From Phoronis australis (lineage: Eukaryota; Animalia; Phoronida), in the NCBI GenBank assembly GCA_002633005.1, contig NMRA01000005.1, positions 1,471,635-1,535,634 on the forward strand: a DNA stretch of 64,000 bases, written 5' to 3'. Each line of letters starts with the position of its first letter. Within the stretch, counting starts at the first letter, position 1. This document shows positions 35,919 through 49,497 of this stretch, in pieces. The position numbers were made by a program, and so were the translations under genes. Under the pieces are notes generated by a model, which saw only the letters and a program-made list of their open reading frames with translations, did not search any database and had not been told where the DNA came from.

Positions 35919-37570
35919 AGGAGAATGCCACCCAATAGCAACCTATTTTGTATCAATTTAGATCGAGTAGTTCCACCCGATAACAGCAAGTACAGCTCTG
36001 TCCCCACACCTCACGGCAGACGGAAGTGTTGAAATTAACCAATGACGTCTGTTCAGCAGTTCACAACACGTTTATTGGTGTTAGCTTTTCGGTTGAACTC
36101 ATCGTTTTACACCAATAAATCATCAAAACTCGGTGTAAAACCCGTACAAATACATCGAATTATTGAACAAACGTGTTGTTTTATTTTGCTGTTACGGATT
36201 ATTAAGTATTTGTAGGTACCGTAGCCTACAGAGTTCTGTAGGCCAATTTACCAAGGTCGGCCGCGGAAGTCTGGGGTCTGTTCCGCGATAAATTTGAATT
36301 ATTCCTCCTGAAATACAGACAGGAGAAAACAGCTGTGTGTTGTAATTTCAGACGCGATTTTTTCAGTTCTAAACACACAAAACGCTTGCTATCCCGGCCA
36401 GTGGCTCGGAACCCGATCAGGCCCCTCACGGCCGGACTGAAGACATCACGAACATAAACCAGCCAAAGTTAGAAACAGAACTTCCAGGCACGAAAAAACA
36501 ATACTAGTGCGCCAAAGAAATAATGTGCACGTGATTGTTTTGGTGAATTAGCCGCAAAACTGCAAGTCTACAACTAGCTCGTCGGGAGTCGAGAAGTCAG
36601 ATTACCCTTCCACAGAACCGTCAGGGCAAAAGTTGTACAGTAACAAGGATTCGAATAATTGTATATGAACATCTTAATAAAGATTCCCCTAACATCCGAC
36701 CATAAGATATAAAATCGAGTTTCACAACAGCTTTCCGTCAGCAAACACTGAATTAGCATGCACTCACACGGCCTCGGTGCCTTTATTGCATCTGAAACCG
36801 GTAACATAGTGGTTTATTCATTGCTGTCTTCTCAAAACATTTGCACTCACAAATACTCCAAAGGCATTACGTATTATACCTAATGAGGCAGACTTTGTTT
36901 CAGTTTTATATAAGCATTGGTTAGGGTGAGAATAGTTCAGTTTGAAACAGAACGCAGAATAATAAACGTCAACATGGCTACTCGCAATCCCGACTTAGAC
37001 GAAAGCTCATCCGACGAAGATTTGTGTCAGCAAACACTGAAATAGTATGCGCTCACACGGCCTCGGTGCCCGGACAATCAGTTTGTTGCACCAAAAGCTG
37101 GTAACGCAGTGATCTATTCATTGCTGGCTTCTCATAACATCTGCACACTCCAAGGCATTACATGTTGTATCTAATGAGACAGGCTTTGTTTCAGTTTGAT
37201 ATAAGCATTGGTTGAGGTGAGAAAAATTCATTTTGAAACAGAACGCCCAATAGCAAACGTCGACGTGACAATTAGTAATTCCAAGTTAGACGAGTGCTCA
37301 TCCGACGAAGATTTCACAGGTCGATTGTTAGGTTTCAAAGGCTATAAGTTCGAACAGGAATACACTGATCAAGAAATACTAGAGAGGCTCAGTGAACGTG
37401 CACAGACAACGGACTAGATGGATAATTTCAAAAATCGCTTGAATGACTTTTCATGTTGTCACGATAACGTAAACGACTTACGCTTGCATTTGCCGTCACG
37501 AAATTCCGCAAGTGAAACGCCTTCTTGGAGAAGCGCAGATGTGTCTCAATGACCACATGACTTCAGGTGA
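35919..37570 (+). mobile_element. Kolobok-derived region with KolX (P2X7-ballast-like) remnant and ~290-bp tandem duplication
   Basis: TTAA|AGG terminus. Duplication 36737-37023 vs 37026-37314. Peptides DECSSDEDF...GYKFEQEYTDQEI and CICRHEIPQVKRLLGEAQMCLNDH. Confidence 0.5.
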
Positions 37571-37844
37571 TTTGGTAGGTTCATTACCTCAGAATCAACA
37601 GCGTACCGTCCGTCGAATCGCCTATTCACCAAAATAGTTGAAAAAACGAGCATAACTCTAAACTAGGTGCACGTTTTACGTTGAAACCAACGCTTAAAGA
37701 CAAATGTGTTAAAAACCCAACTCATTGCCAACAAGTTGTGTAATATTTACACAAATTTAACCAGCTCCGCTCAATGAAAACATATTTGGAGTCAATGAAT
37801 CTTTACGTAGCATTCTATTCAAGATAATTTATACGTAGTCTTAC

Positions 37845-38699
37845 ACATGTACAAAATGAGAATCAGTCCAAACGTGAAGTCAGGATCTGTTGGTTTGAAT
37901 ACAGCGGCAATGTTGTAGATGGTCATGACCAGGGCAACTTACAGACTCAGTAGAGAAATAACAAGAAATGCTATCTCTAGCTTGGTCACGTCGCTCCAAG
38001 TTCTTCTCTAAAATGAAAATCAACACGGTCAGTAGAAACACACTGCAGCTACATATGTAATTATTTACTCGCTTCCGGAGGCAAATACTTTCAATGACTG
38101 AAGACTTGTCCTGGAAATGTGAAAACGTTAAAAGACGACGCGGTTGGGTTACACTTTTCAAAAATTCATTATCTCATGCATCAATTTAAAAACGCAAGTT
38201 TTGATTTTTTCAGTCTATATCACGAGACTTCTGAAAATCAGATATTTTTAGAATTGCAACGTTGGGAAACACAAATTACGCCTTGTTACTTCAGCAGATC
38301 GATTTGTCAATACCTCGCAGGTAACGTGACAGCAATTCCTTTCCTCCCAGAGGTCGATCATCTATTTCCTATTTACTTTGTTACACGCAATCGATAGTGT
38401 TATAAAAAAAACAAAAAAAAACAAAAAAAAACAAAGATCACGACTTTCTTGTCATATCAAGCCAGTGTGACGACAAACAATATAATCAAAATGAATGGAA
38501 AGTTGTCTTTAACTTTCACTTCCCTTTAGGCGCATTATGTAACAGCTAGTGGCAACTTGTCGAATCAGGCTTAGTTTTAAAATCAAGAGTTTTTACCAAC
38601 CTTTCCTAAAACCGTGTCCCGTGTGCCTGGTGGTACATCAATTCCTACTTCCTCAAAAGTGATGGTAGCAACTGCGATTTCAGACATTTCTGTAGACAT
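37845..38699 (-). pseudogene. Copy B: partial duplicate with exon 1' (38601-38699) and exon 2' (37845-38007), premature TAA
   Basis: Exon lengths (99, 163 nt) and splice sites equal those of copy A. TCA (Ser) is TAA at 37939-37941. No paralogs of exons 3-7 were seen between 22 and 37.8 kb. Confidence 0.85.
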
Positions 38700-40089
38700 T
38701 TTTATCCGCCGAGGTACTGGTGTTCAGTGCCGCACGAAAGAATTGTTTAGTATCTGCCAGTGCACATGCGCTAACCTTGCCCAGCACAGTACCTAGCGTT
38801 ACGATGGGGTTGGTCAATGTCTTTGTAATACGGAATAGTGCAATGTCAGTTGCCGCGACTATGGGCATTGGTCTGCATTTTGAAGCTAAAAATGGCCAGG
38901 CCACAAAACCAAAGTTAGATCTGCTCTTTACCCCGAGGTCTGCCTTCATTGATTAAACAATCATACGTGTCGTTCCTAATAATTTTAGCCAAGATTTCGT
39001 AAAGAGCACGGTTCGAGACACCTTGCACGATTTGCCAGGCGACGATTAAAATACAAAAATACCGCATCGTTTTTTTGTCGTCTCAGGTGAAAATTTCCGA
39101 ATAACTAAAAATACCGAGCCATCGAATAACTATTTAAAAAGAAGATAGATAGAATAATTACGCTTTCTTTGTTCGTTTCTGTAAAATGCGTACACTCAAG
39201 ACGCATATCCGTTCAGTTGCACAATCCAGCCAGCAACCAGATGAGTGGTTGAGCGATGTCATTTGGTACTCAAATTGTTGACTTTGGTGTTCAGAAATAG
39301 ATTGTGCGGTTCTAGGATACTCGACTTTTGTTAGGAGGCTGGAATGTCCATTACGTTGTCTTCAAAACTGATTAGCGCTTCCAGGCTGTGTCCGGGGTGG
39401 AACAATAAATTGACGTGAAACAGGAAAAATGTCACGATGAATCGTGAAATCCAGAACATGTTTCCCGCTTGACTAATCCTTGACTCGAACCTAAGACGTT
39501 TCCTGGGCTCACACTAAGATTGAAGCTACGACGGTCTGTGAAGGACACAAAACGCAACCCCCTTCACCCCCACCATTGGAGCGAAGCAGGCGCAGGCATG
39601 GGTTACGACCTTTGTCGTCAATAGCACTGAAACATGCCTTCGTTTTATACTGGTCGTACAAAGTGGCAGCTCATACAGTGTCTCTCAGTGGTTGGAGGAC
39701 AACAGGCATGTGTTCTTACAATTTTTCCGTAGAGAATTTGAACTTCTGTTGATGTCAAAACATTTTCTTTTAGTTGCAAATTTCAAGAAAACAATCTGTC
39801 GACTGATTGCCACATCGTCATTTTTTCTCCCACAAGGCACTTCTACGTCGTTCTAAATAGACATATCACCCGTGACAGTCAAATATAAATTACATTTCCT
39901 CTAAAGTTTCTCATAAAATTGAACCTCCAAAAAGGTCAAGGAAGTTAATTGATGTTTATTATTTGAATCTCTTGTACAGAACTATGACCGTATATCGCCT
40001 ATCACGGTCCTCTTTTCATTTCTGGTAACGATCTTGTAACGCACGTATCATTCATATATTATTCGGGACATATGTCAATCATAAATAGT

Positions 40090-40460
40090 TTTGCTGAGTT
40101 TAGAATGTTGTGATGCTGCACTAATGGCTTTGGAACCAGATTTTAGACTACGGCAACAAGCAAACAGGTACGTCAGCATTGACTATATGCACTCCACTTT
40201 GGGTTGGCTCAAACTGGATGTGTATAGACATTATATTATGTGTTTGTCTATGTACAGATGTCTCCATGGCACGACACTTGAATACTTGCGTGACGAAATT
40301 CAACTAATAAACCAGGTTTAGTGCTAATGAAAACTTCAACCCTATTAAGCAGGAGTAAATTTGGTAAACGTTTGTTCTTTTCCTATGGTGCCACAATGTG
40401 GAACCATCTCGAATCTGATGTCCAGCACAGTGGGTCTATATGCTACATTTAAATAAAGAT
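40090..40460 (+). mobile_element. L2/CR1-group LINE 3' fragment
   Basis: LGWLKLDVYRHY...MYRCLHG...YL followed by GKRLFFSYGATMWNHL, a typical L2/Crack ORF2 C-terminus. Confidence 0.6.
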
Positions 40461-43400
40461 ACATGTGCAATGTTCTGTTTCAATCTCTCTTTATCATTTG
40501 TTAGAATTTTATGGAAGAACAGAATTGTTATGCTGAAAAGGTTTTCCCCAAAATAAATATATCACACTACAAGACATTTTTATGTCTTTCAACAAATTTA
40601 GCTTTACTTGAGGGGAGACTTTGGTTCAATATTTTGCTTGGCCATTTACCGTTTTTTGGAATTACAGTATTTGTAAATAAATAGGGAAATTACGTTCTAT
40701 TTGCTTAAAATCATGCAGGACTGCATAAACAAGTACCGGTATGCGTGAAGTAGGCATGATGTGCGGGTATTGGAGGTGATGTAAAACATTGTAGCCTGTA
40801 GAAGGGGGGTCACGGTGCGACGGACCCAGGTATCTAGATCGGGGGGGGGGGTCAACCATGCAGTCACTATATGAATAAACTTTTTTAAATTGTGACTGAT
40901 TTGTAGTTCAATTGAATAGTTTCTTTTTTTGTTTGATCTGTTTTTCTGTCATCTTCATAAAGTCCGGACCTCTACATACATAAAAAATACATATACATAA
41001 CATATATATAAAACGCAAAATAAAATTTTAACTTCTCTTTGTTATAACAAAAAGATGACGGGGGTATTTTGGAGACAACGAAATCGTGTATTCTTCGGAG
41101 ACTGGGAAACGTTTCTCCGAGTGCAATCGTTGGAGTGGGACATAAATTGTTTTTTGGACAACCAGACCTTCGTCGGTTCTGATAGACATTGCTTTCGAGG
41201 TCGGCTGCATTGAAGACAAGAAATTACGGTGTACTCGTAGTTAGAGCTTTACTTATTTGAGGGTCCAACTTCTAAGCAGAATTCACTATCGCTATGAAGA
41301 CAAAACGACACAATTTGAGTCCAAACAAGAAGAACAAAAGGACTTGAATTCGGTGACTACTTATATAAATTTCGGTGACACCTAGGAATTCCCACTTTTC
41401 AGCAAACTCCATGCATTCCACGTGGTTTATTTTTCATTGCTGCATTTCATCAAATCTTTACAGTACAAGTTCCCCCCCCCCAACCACCCCACTTAAAAAT
41501 GCTCCTCCGCTCCCTGACAAGAGAAGCGAGCATGTGGGAGCATATGGATGATAGCTACTGCTCGACAAACCTGGATAAATAAAATGTGCAGTTCGCCGTT
41601 GCATGTTTTCAAGACTGTCAAATATATTTGAGTATAGGGATCTCAGAAAAGACGCATTTGGGGACTACGAAGGATACCGACGCTAGTTTCCAGTGAAACA
41701 ACATATGAGAATGAGGTAAAAGGTCAAATATATTATGACAAACTTAACTCCTAGTGCCGGAAAGCGTTTTCTCTCCCATCTATCGCAGTATGAAAAGGTA
41801 TGGGACATGCTGCGGATGACTGGGCAACCGGGTAGAGAAAAAGCTTGTTCAAATAATTTTTTTTAAAAGAATTTTGGGATAATTCTTATATGAACAGGCA
41901 TACATGTCACCTGGTCCCTGTTTCATCATGAAAAGTGACTTCTAAGTGACTTAAAGACTTAAGGCAGAAATTTGGTCTTACCCCCTCTTCACAATTGTTG
42001 ATTTAGTTAAGTATATGAGCAGTCACCACACTCTAGAAATAATTTAAAGAAATCATCTCAGTAACTAATGTGTATAATTATTCTCATACACTTCGCACCT
42101 ATGCTCTAGTGAGATTTGATAATTTTTAAAGAAATATTTTTCTGGAGCCTAGAAGACAAATTTCTGACCAACTCTTCACCTTTTACGAAACAGAGCCTTG
42201 GATGAGATTATTGCTATGGCCTGTCCTCCCGATATTACTATGAAAAGATACAACAAAGCAATTATTCAGAGAATTAGATAAACAAAGCATCACTCACTGT
42301 CTGCACACAAAAGAAATTTTACGCGCTAGTTGGCAATGGTCACTTAGGATCCCGGATTTCGAGAACCAGTTTAATGCTCGTTATTATCTGTCCGTTTTTC
42401 TAAAGGAGACTGGCAGACTTGAAAACTTTCTTCATGAGGAGCCATAATTGGAGTCTCGTGCTTTTGCTCAGGTGTTTTGTGCAATCGGGGCCCAACCATG
42501 AGGCCTGCGCACGTCTGATGCACCGCAAATGACATCAGACCACCTGCACTGTTTTTTTATTATCTGGAGAACACTGGTTCTCAAAATGCTGGGCCCCTGT
42601 AAGTGACCATTACCATGTGTTTTCGTTGTGAAATTTGGCTCTCAATTTCCATCACAAAAATGCACACAACAATTTGGCACGAGTAAATGTCAGCATGATA
42701 GGACAACTTCAAACTCCTAAAGGAAAATGAGGTTTCTCTGACGTTGTAGTGAGTCCAGTCAACTCAATCAATATCTATTAAAGTCAAGTTTAACAAGCAG
42801 TACATATGCTCCAGCGTGCTATAAAGTTACAAGCAGCAAAAAAGCTGAATACAAATAAACAGTGGATAAGGGGGACAATTTGTCAGCAGCAACTTAAAAA
42901 ACATTTTGGATCAGCACATTTATAAAGCATGCGCGCAGCCAGTTGGGGCTCGAACGAGTGGGCAGAAATGTCTGCCTCAGAGAAAAAAATCCGAAAAAGT
43001 AGAAAAAAAAAACGAGAAAATAGTCCACTGAAAAGGCAAGAATTACCAAAATTCGGCGAATGAACAAATCATAGCTCTGAAAATACCTCGTGAATCTTAA
43101 TAAAAGGTCTAGGTTCTCAAAAATTCGAGCCCACATTTTTCAGGCTGGGTGCACGCATGTACATGTAAAGGTCTCCAGGGGTACTGGTGTATCATACAGA
43201 ACCTTAGAATGTGCTCCACAGTATGTTTTTTGGCCTTCTACACAGTATGCTTGGCACGTGAATTATATACGCAGTGTCTCTGAAGTCCAAAGAGAACATC
43301 CAGTTACCACGATATGCCGTGAACAAACACACTTCAAACACAACGTTGCGAAGCGTATCACCTTCAAGAATTAGTATATTTGTTACAGGTATATTCAGAG

Positions 43401-44953
43401 GCCAGAATACGAGCTAGCAAATCATTATAGTGGTTTTCAGGACTCTATGATTGAACCTTTCCATTGGTTCAGTTCGAGTCCAAAATTGGTCCCGGTAAAG
43501 AATACATTCAGATAAATAGAGAAGTATTATAGTGGAACAAATTGTAATTGTACCGCTAAATAACACCTCACTGCATTATGCTGCGAAAACAAACATGTTC
43601 AAAACGGATATTAACGCTTGAGAAGTGGCATCAAACTTCAGATTCTTCTATCTGGTTAGAAGTTGACTCCTCAATGTCGGTTGTACGTGTGCATTTACAC
43701 TTCAGACGCCACACTGGAAACGAAAAAACTAACGTCACGTAGATATATGACTGAAGTTGTGTAAGGGGATTCAGTGTTATTTATTCAAGCTGACCTACGT
43801 AAGAGAAAATTCAAATACGCTTCCAAAAGGTGGATTTTTTATTTTAAGCATCGCTAAGGTATGTGAACCTGACAAAAACTCCACAGTCTATCGCTGAAAA
43901 TTGAGATTTAGATAAAGTGGGTCATTTTGATCATCCAGGGTGTCAACAGTGCACGAACTTTCACACATGGTGCACGCCTACACGGAACAAATTTAAATAT
44001 TCCAGCTGTATTATATTGCAAAGAAAATAACGTCCATGATTCTTTTTTCATTCCACAATACGAAAAGCATGAAAGTAGTTCAATGCAGAAGTCAAAACTT
44101 CCGAGGATTAAATATGCTGAACATATGGCGAATAAGATGGTTAAAATCAAATTAAGCAGATTTCTTGTACATGTATGTTAATGATACACCGAAACAAATC
44201 AAGATCTTTGATGTGGATACCACAGCCGTGTTTCCTTACTTCCCCTAACAATAATCACGAAAAAGTTAATCAGAATTCTCGGAAAAAATGTGAAACGTAG
44301 TCAAACAAATCCCCATGAGCTCAACTCGATCTCCGCTCATCAAACGATGGTCGGACTGCACCCAAAAAGTGGAATCGGCTCTGCAGGAGATGGCGGATGT
44401 GAAAACGAACAGCCAATTTGCCAAGGTTTTATTCAGTGATTTGCTAAGTTGAGTAATTAAAAACAATGAGTTATTGACACACAAATTCAAGTAGAATTGC
44501 AGGAAAAGGGAGAACTAATTTTAAACTAAAAGGAGGAAAAATTATGAACTGAGGGAGATAGTAGGTCAAAAACAAACTTTTAGGGGACCCGTATAAATAT
44601 CGTCAACAATGACCACTGGCACTCACCCCATATGAGTCAGTACCTACTCTACCCATGTACACTCTTTTTTGTGATCCTTAGCATAGATTGATACTCACAT
44701 CAGGCTCCCTGGTTTTAGAAAACTATAGAGGTGACCACCATTGACACTGTCAGTAGTTGTTGCAAAGGGAAGACCTTAGTCCCCAAGTTAATTGCACTGG
44801 TGCTGGCTATTTCACAGTAAAGAGAAGTACATTTTGTGAAAATTTTTGGTAAACGAAATGTAAAATATTAGCAATGTAAATCAATAAAATGTGTCAACTC
44901 AAGCCAGTGACTCGCGGTAAAAATGGAATAATGATGATTATCGTAATCACTTA

Positions 44954-45405
44954 CCGGGATTTTCCGTAGACAAGCCCATGGGCGTGTATTCGGAAAATGA
45001 AAACTTTCAGGCGTTTTAGTAACACCAAATAAAAGCCCGAGCGGTTACTCGGAAAAGAGGGTGGCATGTAAACAGAAAGTCACAGTTTTGATTAAAAACT
45101 TTCCGACTTTGACATTTTTTTACTTAAAACTGTGTTGAATTTTATGTTAATAAATGCATAGTTCGCCAACACTAAGTTCGTTTTTAGAAATGCTAAATGC
45201 TCCACAAAACTGAATTTCTGACAAAAATTTGCATCTGGATGGGCTTTTAAGACAAAATTTTTCGAATAAACGCCCCAATATCTGAACACTTGACGCCAGA
45301 ACTTGTAACACCAAATGAACTCCTATGAGCTTTTATTCGGCATAATTTTTCGAATAAACGCCCATGTGCGTTTCATCGGGTGGGCTTATCTACGGAAAAT
45401 CCCGG
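44954..45405. mobile_element. pogo/Tigger-type MITE
   Basis: TA TSD; TIRs CCGGGATTTTCCGTAGACAAGCCCA and TGGGCTTATCTACGGAAAATCCCGG. Confidence 0.8.
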
Positions 45406-47609
45406 TATGGAGTTTTGTTTGACTAAAATGTCCATTTTTGATATTATCGTGTTTCATTTGTTACAATATTTCATTACTCACAGAGGAGTATCACATCTAT
45501 TCAGTAAAACTGTATGGGCATTTGTTAGCGAAGGTAAAAAATCATTTTCAGTTATCCATACAACGGAGGTGAATTCATGAATGTGGCAATTTTTTGAATG
45601 ACATTTCTTTTCTTCAAAGCATTTTTGAAGAATCCGGGCAGTAACTTGCTGGTCAAATGCACTCCTTTAATGTAACTTAGACCAGATTAATACTTAAAGA
45701 CTTACTGAATTGTCTTAACACGGCATCATGATGAGCGATTCGAATGAAAATCAAGAAATGTAGAATTTAATATTAGGGGTCAAATATATAATTTGCATAA
45801 TCTATTTCTGGATATTTTAGAGATCGACCAAAAGATTTTTTATGATTTAGTATCTTACTAGTGCTTGAAACATGACCTTGTGTGTAGCAAATATTTTACA
45901 AGTAGCATGCGCTGCAATATTTTGATTACAGCAGCCCTTGATGTCTATATCTTTTGAGAAAATCTCCTTGGCTGCCTTGGAAACGAGGAACCCACGACCA
46001 TATCACAAATTCTACAACAGTGCTTACCAGTGCAAAATACACGTTCCAACCAACCACTCATATGAGAGAGCCTACCCAAGCAAGAGACACAATGAAGTTT
46101 TAGTTTGGCCATCAAAGAAGGACAGATATAACCCAGTAACCCGTGGTTGTGAAGATAGCTGTGTCCGGTCCTGCCAATGATTATCTAAAATGACTAGGTC
46201 TTTTCGGTACTCCAGACAGATGAATTTGTAGGACTACATGGCGTTTTAGAGAAGTGAGACAAAGTGGGAAATATTGGGAATTTTACATAAAAATCAGGAA
46301 AAGTAGGGACAAGCTGAAAAGATCACGTGAAAGCCTTGTTGATATTTACGACGGTAGTCGTGGAAGTCAACAAAACTTCAGTTTCCGCCTCTTTTTGGCC
46401 ATTCTGGTTAATGTAGGTCAGTTGACCTGCCTATTTTTGTTAACCATACCCTACATACATGGCCAAAGCAAGAGAAAAGAAACGTCTTTGTCGGCGGTTT
46501 ACCGAATTACGTAGGTCTGAGTGTTCCATCTAAAACTGTGGTTGGCCACCCCTTACGACATCCTAGATCCGCTAAACCACGAGTTTAAGCGAGAGTGTAG
46601 GCCTATTAACCAAAAAATAAAGTGTCGTGTTTTGACTAAATTTGATGGTTAGACTTTGTGAAAATAATCCCAAAATGACCATTTAATTCAAAATTAAGTG
46701 CAGGACGGACAAGTGACCTCTGTATGTGAACATGAGTATTTTAAATAAGTATCAGTCGTCTTACACACGAAGTGTCACACCAAATCTGAGGAGATCTCTG
46801 GCCCGACAGAGGCTCGCCTTTCGGGACTTCCTGCTAACCAACTAGATGCTCATAGCCTACTGAGTTATAAGGACCATTGATTTAATTTATAACAGCAAGG
46901 TTGTAATTGAGTGTTCAATAGAAACTTTACAACGAACAGCAACAAATGTGCAGTTATAGGTCACCTTGACCTTTTTACGGATCGGGAGACACGCCATAAT
47001 ACAGAAAGGATTATGGAAGAGTGGTAGTTCCGAGCATTACTGCCAACAAGCGTGGATATAGATCACCTCATTGTAATAGTATAGCAGCCAGATATGAGTA
47101 AACAGTCAACATCCATCTAATATAAATTGCCAGTTTACCGAGCAGACCATGGCGCCTACGTGGCACTGCATGTGCGTTAGTGAATCCGGACGGGAGTGGT
47201 GTGCGTGAACTTGGAATGCCGCTTATTCCCAAGATCATGTATACGTGAAGTTGGAATTAAAAATTTGTTACTGTAAGGAGGTGAAAGTTTTTGTTTGCTG
47301 TAAAGAACTTTAATTACTCATTATTGGCCACAGAATATCTCCCATTCTCTCCTTAACCGAAAATTGTATCACAGAATCGGGGGAATGAATGTTTAACCAA
47401 TCATTGCTTGGTGAATAATATCGCCAATAGCTGAAAAAACTGTTTAGACTTGCGAACTATCATTAGTTATGACTGCGTCCGTTAGGATCGCTGCCTATTA
47501 CTCTAATAAATGACCAAGTGTAGTACGTTCAACGCTTATATTTGGTACGTAAATAACCCAGCATTACCCACTTAAGTAACGAAACATAGTGTCAGGAGTG
47601 GGATTTAAA

Positions 47610-49079
47610 CAGCCGATTTCATAAAGGTGGTTTAAAGTTAAACCTGGTTTAAACTGGACTTAGACCAGGTTAAAAGGTAATCTGCATTTCATAAAGGTGG
47701 TTAAACTTGTAGACCATTGGTTTAGTAAAACCTGGTTTAACTCCAGTTTAGTCCTGGACTAAGTCAGTTTTCATTTCACCAACGAGGTATATATTACTTA
47801 GACCTGTATTAAGATCTTAAACCAGGTTTAACTTAAGATTTGATCAGACCCAGGTTTAATACTATTAAATATGGCAGACTTGTACGATATAGGTGCAACT
47901 GAATGATACTGTGGTATGCATTTACCACGCAGTTTTAGAGCGAGAACGGACTATTTTCAATATTCAATTTCAGGACGACACAAGATCAAACGTAACAAGG
48001 GGGACCAAGAATTTTAAAGGGGGGGACTTTGGGATCAACGATTTTTAAAAGGAGATCCTGGGTCAACAATTTGAAAATTATAGATTTGATATTACTAAAA
48101 TCATGGGAAAAAGGGGGTCCGGACCCTTGATTCCTTGGATCCGCCTATACGTAGACCAGTACGTACTGAAGGGTGTCCTTCGTATTTTCTCAGAATATGA
48201 CGGTTCGAGCAGAGCGTCATCGTCGCAAGCGCTACGCGTATGACTAAAAAAGGCATTTAATGATTGTTCTGGCCAAGTTTTACATCAACTGGTCCCCGAT
48301 ATAAGGTTGCCGGGCAGGGGTCCTGCCCCAGTGGCGGATTTGGAGGGGGGCCAAGGGGCCATGCTCCCCTAAAATTCTCCCAGATTCCATTTAGCAGTTC
48401 GGTGGTGCGAACGTCTGGCGGGTAAAATCCTGACTAATTCTCTGCCCTGACCCACTTTACTAAAAATCCTGGATCCACCCCTGTGCCCCCCCTTTGCCTA
48501 CAGAAAAGTAAAATGACACGGAAATAAATGTGTGCATTAACCATATTGCGGTTAAACGTGAACAAGTACTTGTGTTGGACACAGACAATACAAAATGAAA
48601 ATATCTCCTCATGATATCCTAGATCTGCTACTGCTTCCCTCGCCGTTTTTTTTGATTTTTTCACTGATGAAAGTTTCTTTCTGGCCTTTATTCTGGATTA
48701 ATATCTCTCCAAATCTGCTGCTTACGTTGACTTGATTTGGCAACAGCTTTCTTGTTCTCGACTATGACATTGGCTTTTTCTCTCATCAGTTTTGGTAGGG
48801 ATCATTTTTCCTCGTGGGAAAAGCTTTTAGCCCGTTTTCGTAAACGGCTTCACTGATTCTGCTGCTGTGTGCCATTGAGTAGGCCTACCCATGTGATCAA
48901 GGTTTCATTGAAGCACCTCAACAGTTTCTTTTTTGGGTTAATCCAGATCAACACTGTAGAGTGGCTTTAAACCTAGTTTTACTAAACCCGCTTCATGGTC
49001 AAACAAAACCAGGCTCTCAGACTTTTAAACCATGCTGGTGAAATGCAAGTTACATGTATGTCTAAAATTAGACCGGCTG
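47610..49079. mobile_element. PIF/Harbinger element with Myb/SANT remnant, inserted just after the Gypsy PBS
   Basis: Termini CAGCCG...CGGCTG, TSD AAA, AAACCTGGTTT-type subterminal repeats. Minus-strand RKRAKSFSHEEK*SLPKLMREKANVIVENKK...RKQQIWRDI at about 48690-48840. Confidence 0.75.
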
Positions 49080-49461
49080 AAAGTGTTCTGAACACCGTAG
49101 TGTCGGGTTTCGTGTGTGCGATGGCGTCATTTCAAGTACAACTTTGATATAAGGCAGCCGGAAGTGTGGCCAACATGGCTGTCAGGTTAAAGATTTTTCG
49201 TGTGGTTTCAGGCTTAGCCTATAAGGAGCGACCAGTGCAAATAAATACATTAGTGGATATCTTAGGCATCGCAGCTGAGGACCTATTACAGTCATTTCAA
49301 TGAAGTTGAAAAGGACAACTATTCCATGGTAATCGCACGCTTTGCTCAATTTTTCATTACAAAAGGAAACCTGATCTACGAACGCGCCAAATTTAATCAG
49401 CGCAATCAAACGCAATGAGAGTCCGATGACACGTTCATAACTGCTTTACACACTCTCTCTG

Positions 49462-49497
49462 NNNNNNNNNNNNNNNNNNNNNNNNNNNNNNNNNNNN
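49462..49497. other. Assembly gap (36 N)
   Basis: Run of N. Confidence 1.

Larger units (their letters stand above)
37800..47090 (+). repeat. Segmental duplication unit B (unit A ~16050-32400)
   Basis: Collinear blocks: 16090-16545/37820-38290, 21250-22340/38297-39150, 29920-30275/39195-39535, 30335-30620/46180-46440, 31290-32095/46455-47065, 32377-32398/47071-47091. Confidence 0.85.

Noticed and set aside
36300-36600. THAP domain remnant on the minus strand
   Set aside because: Only a vague RLKLQHTAV similarity; the Cys/His ligands are not recoverable.
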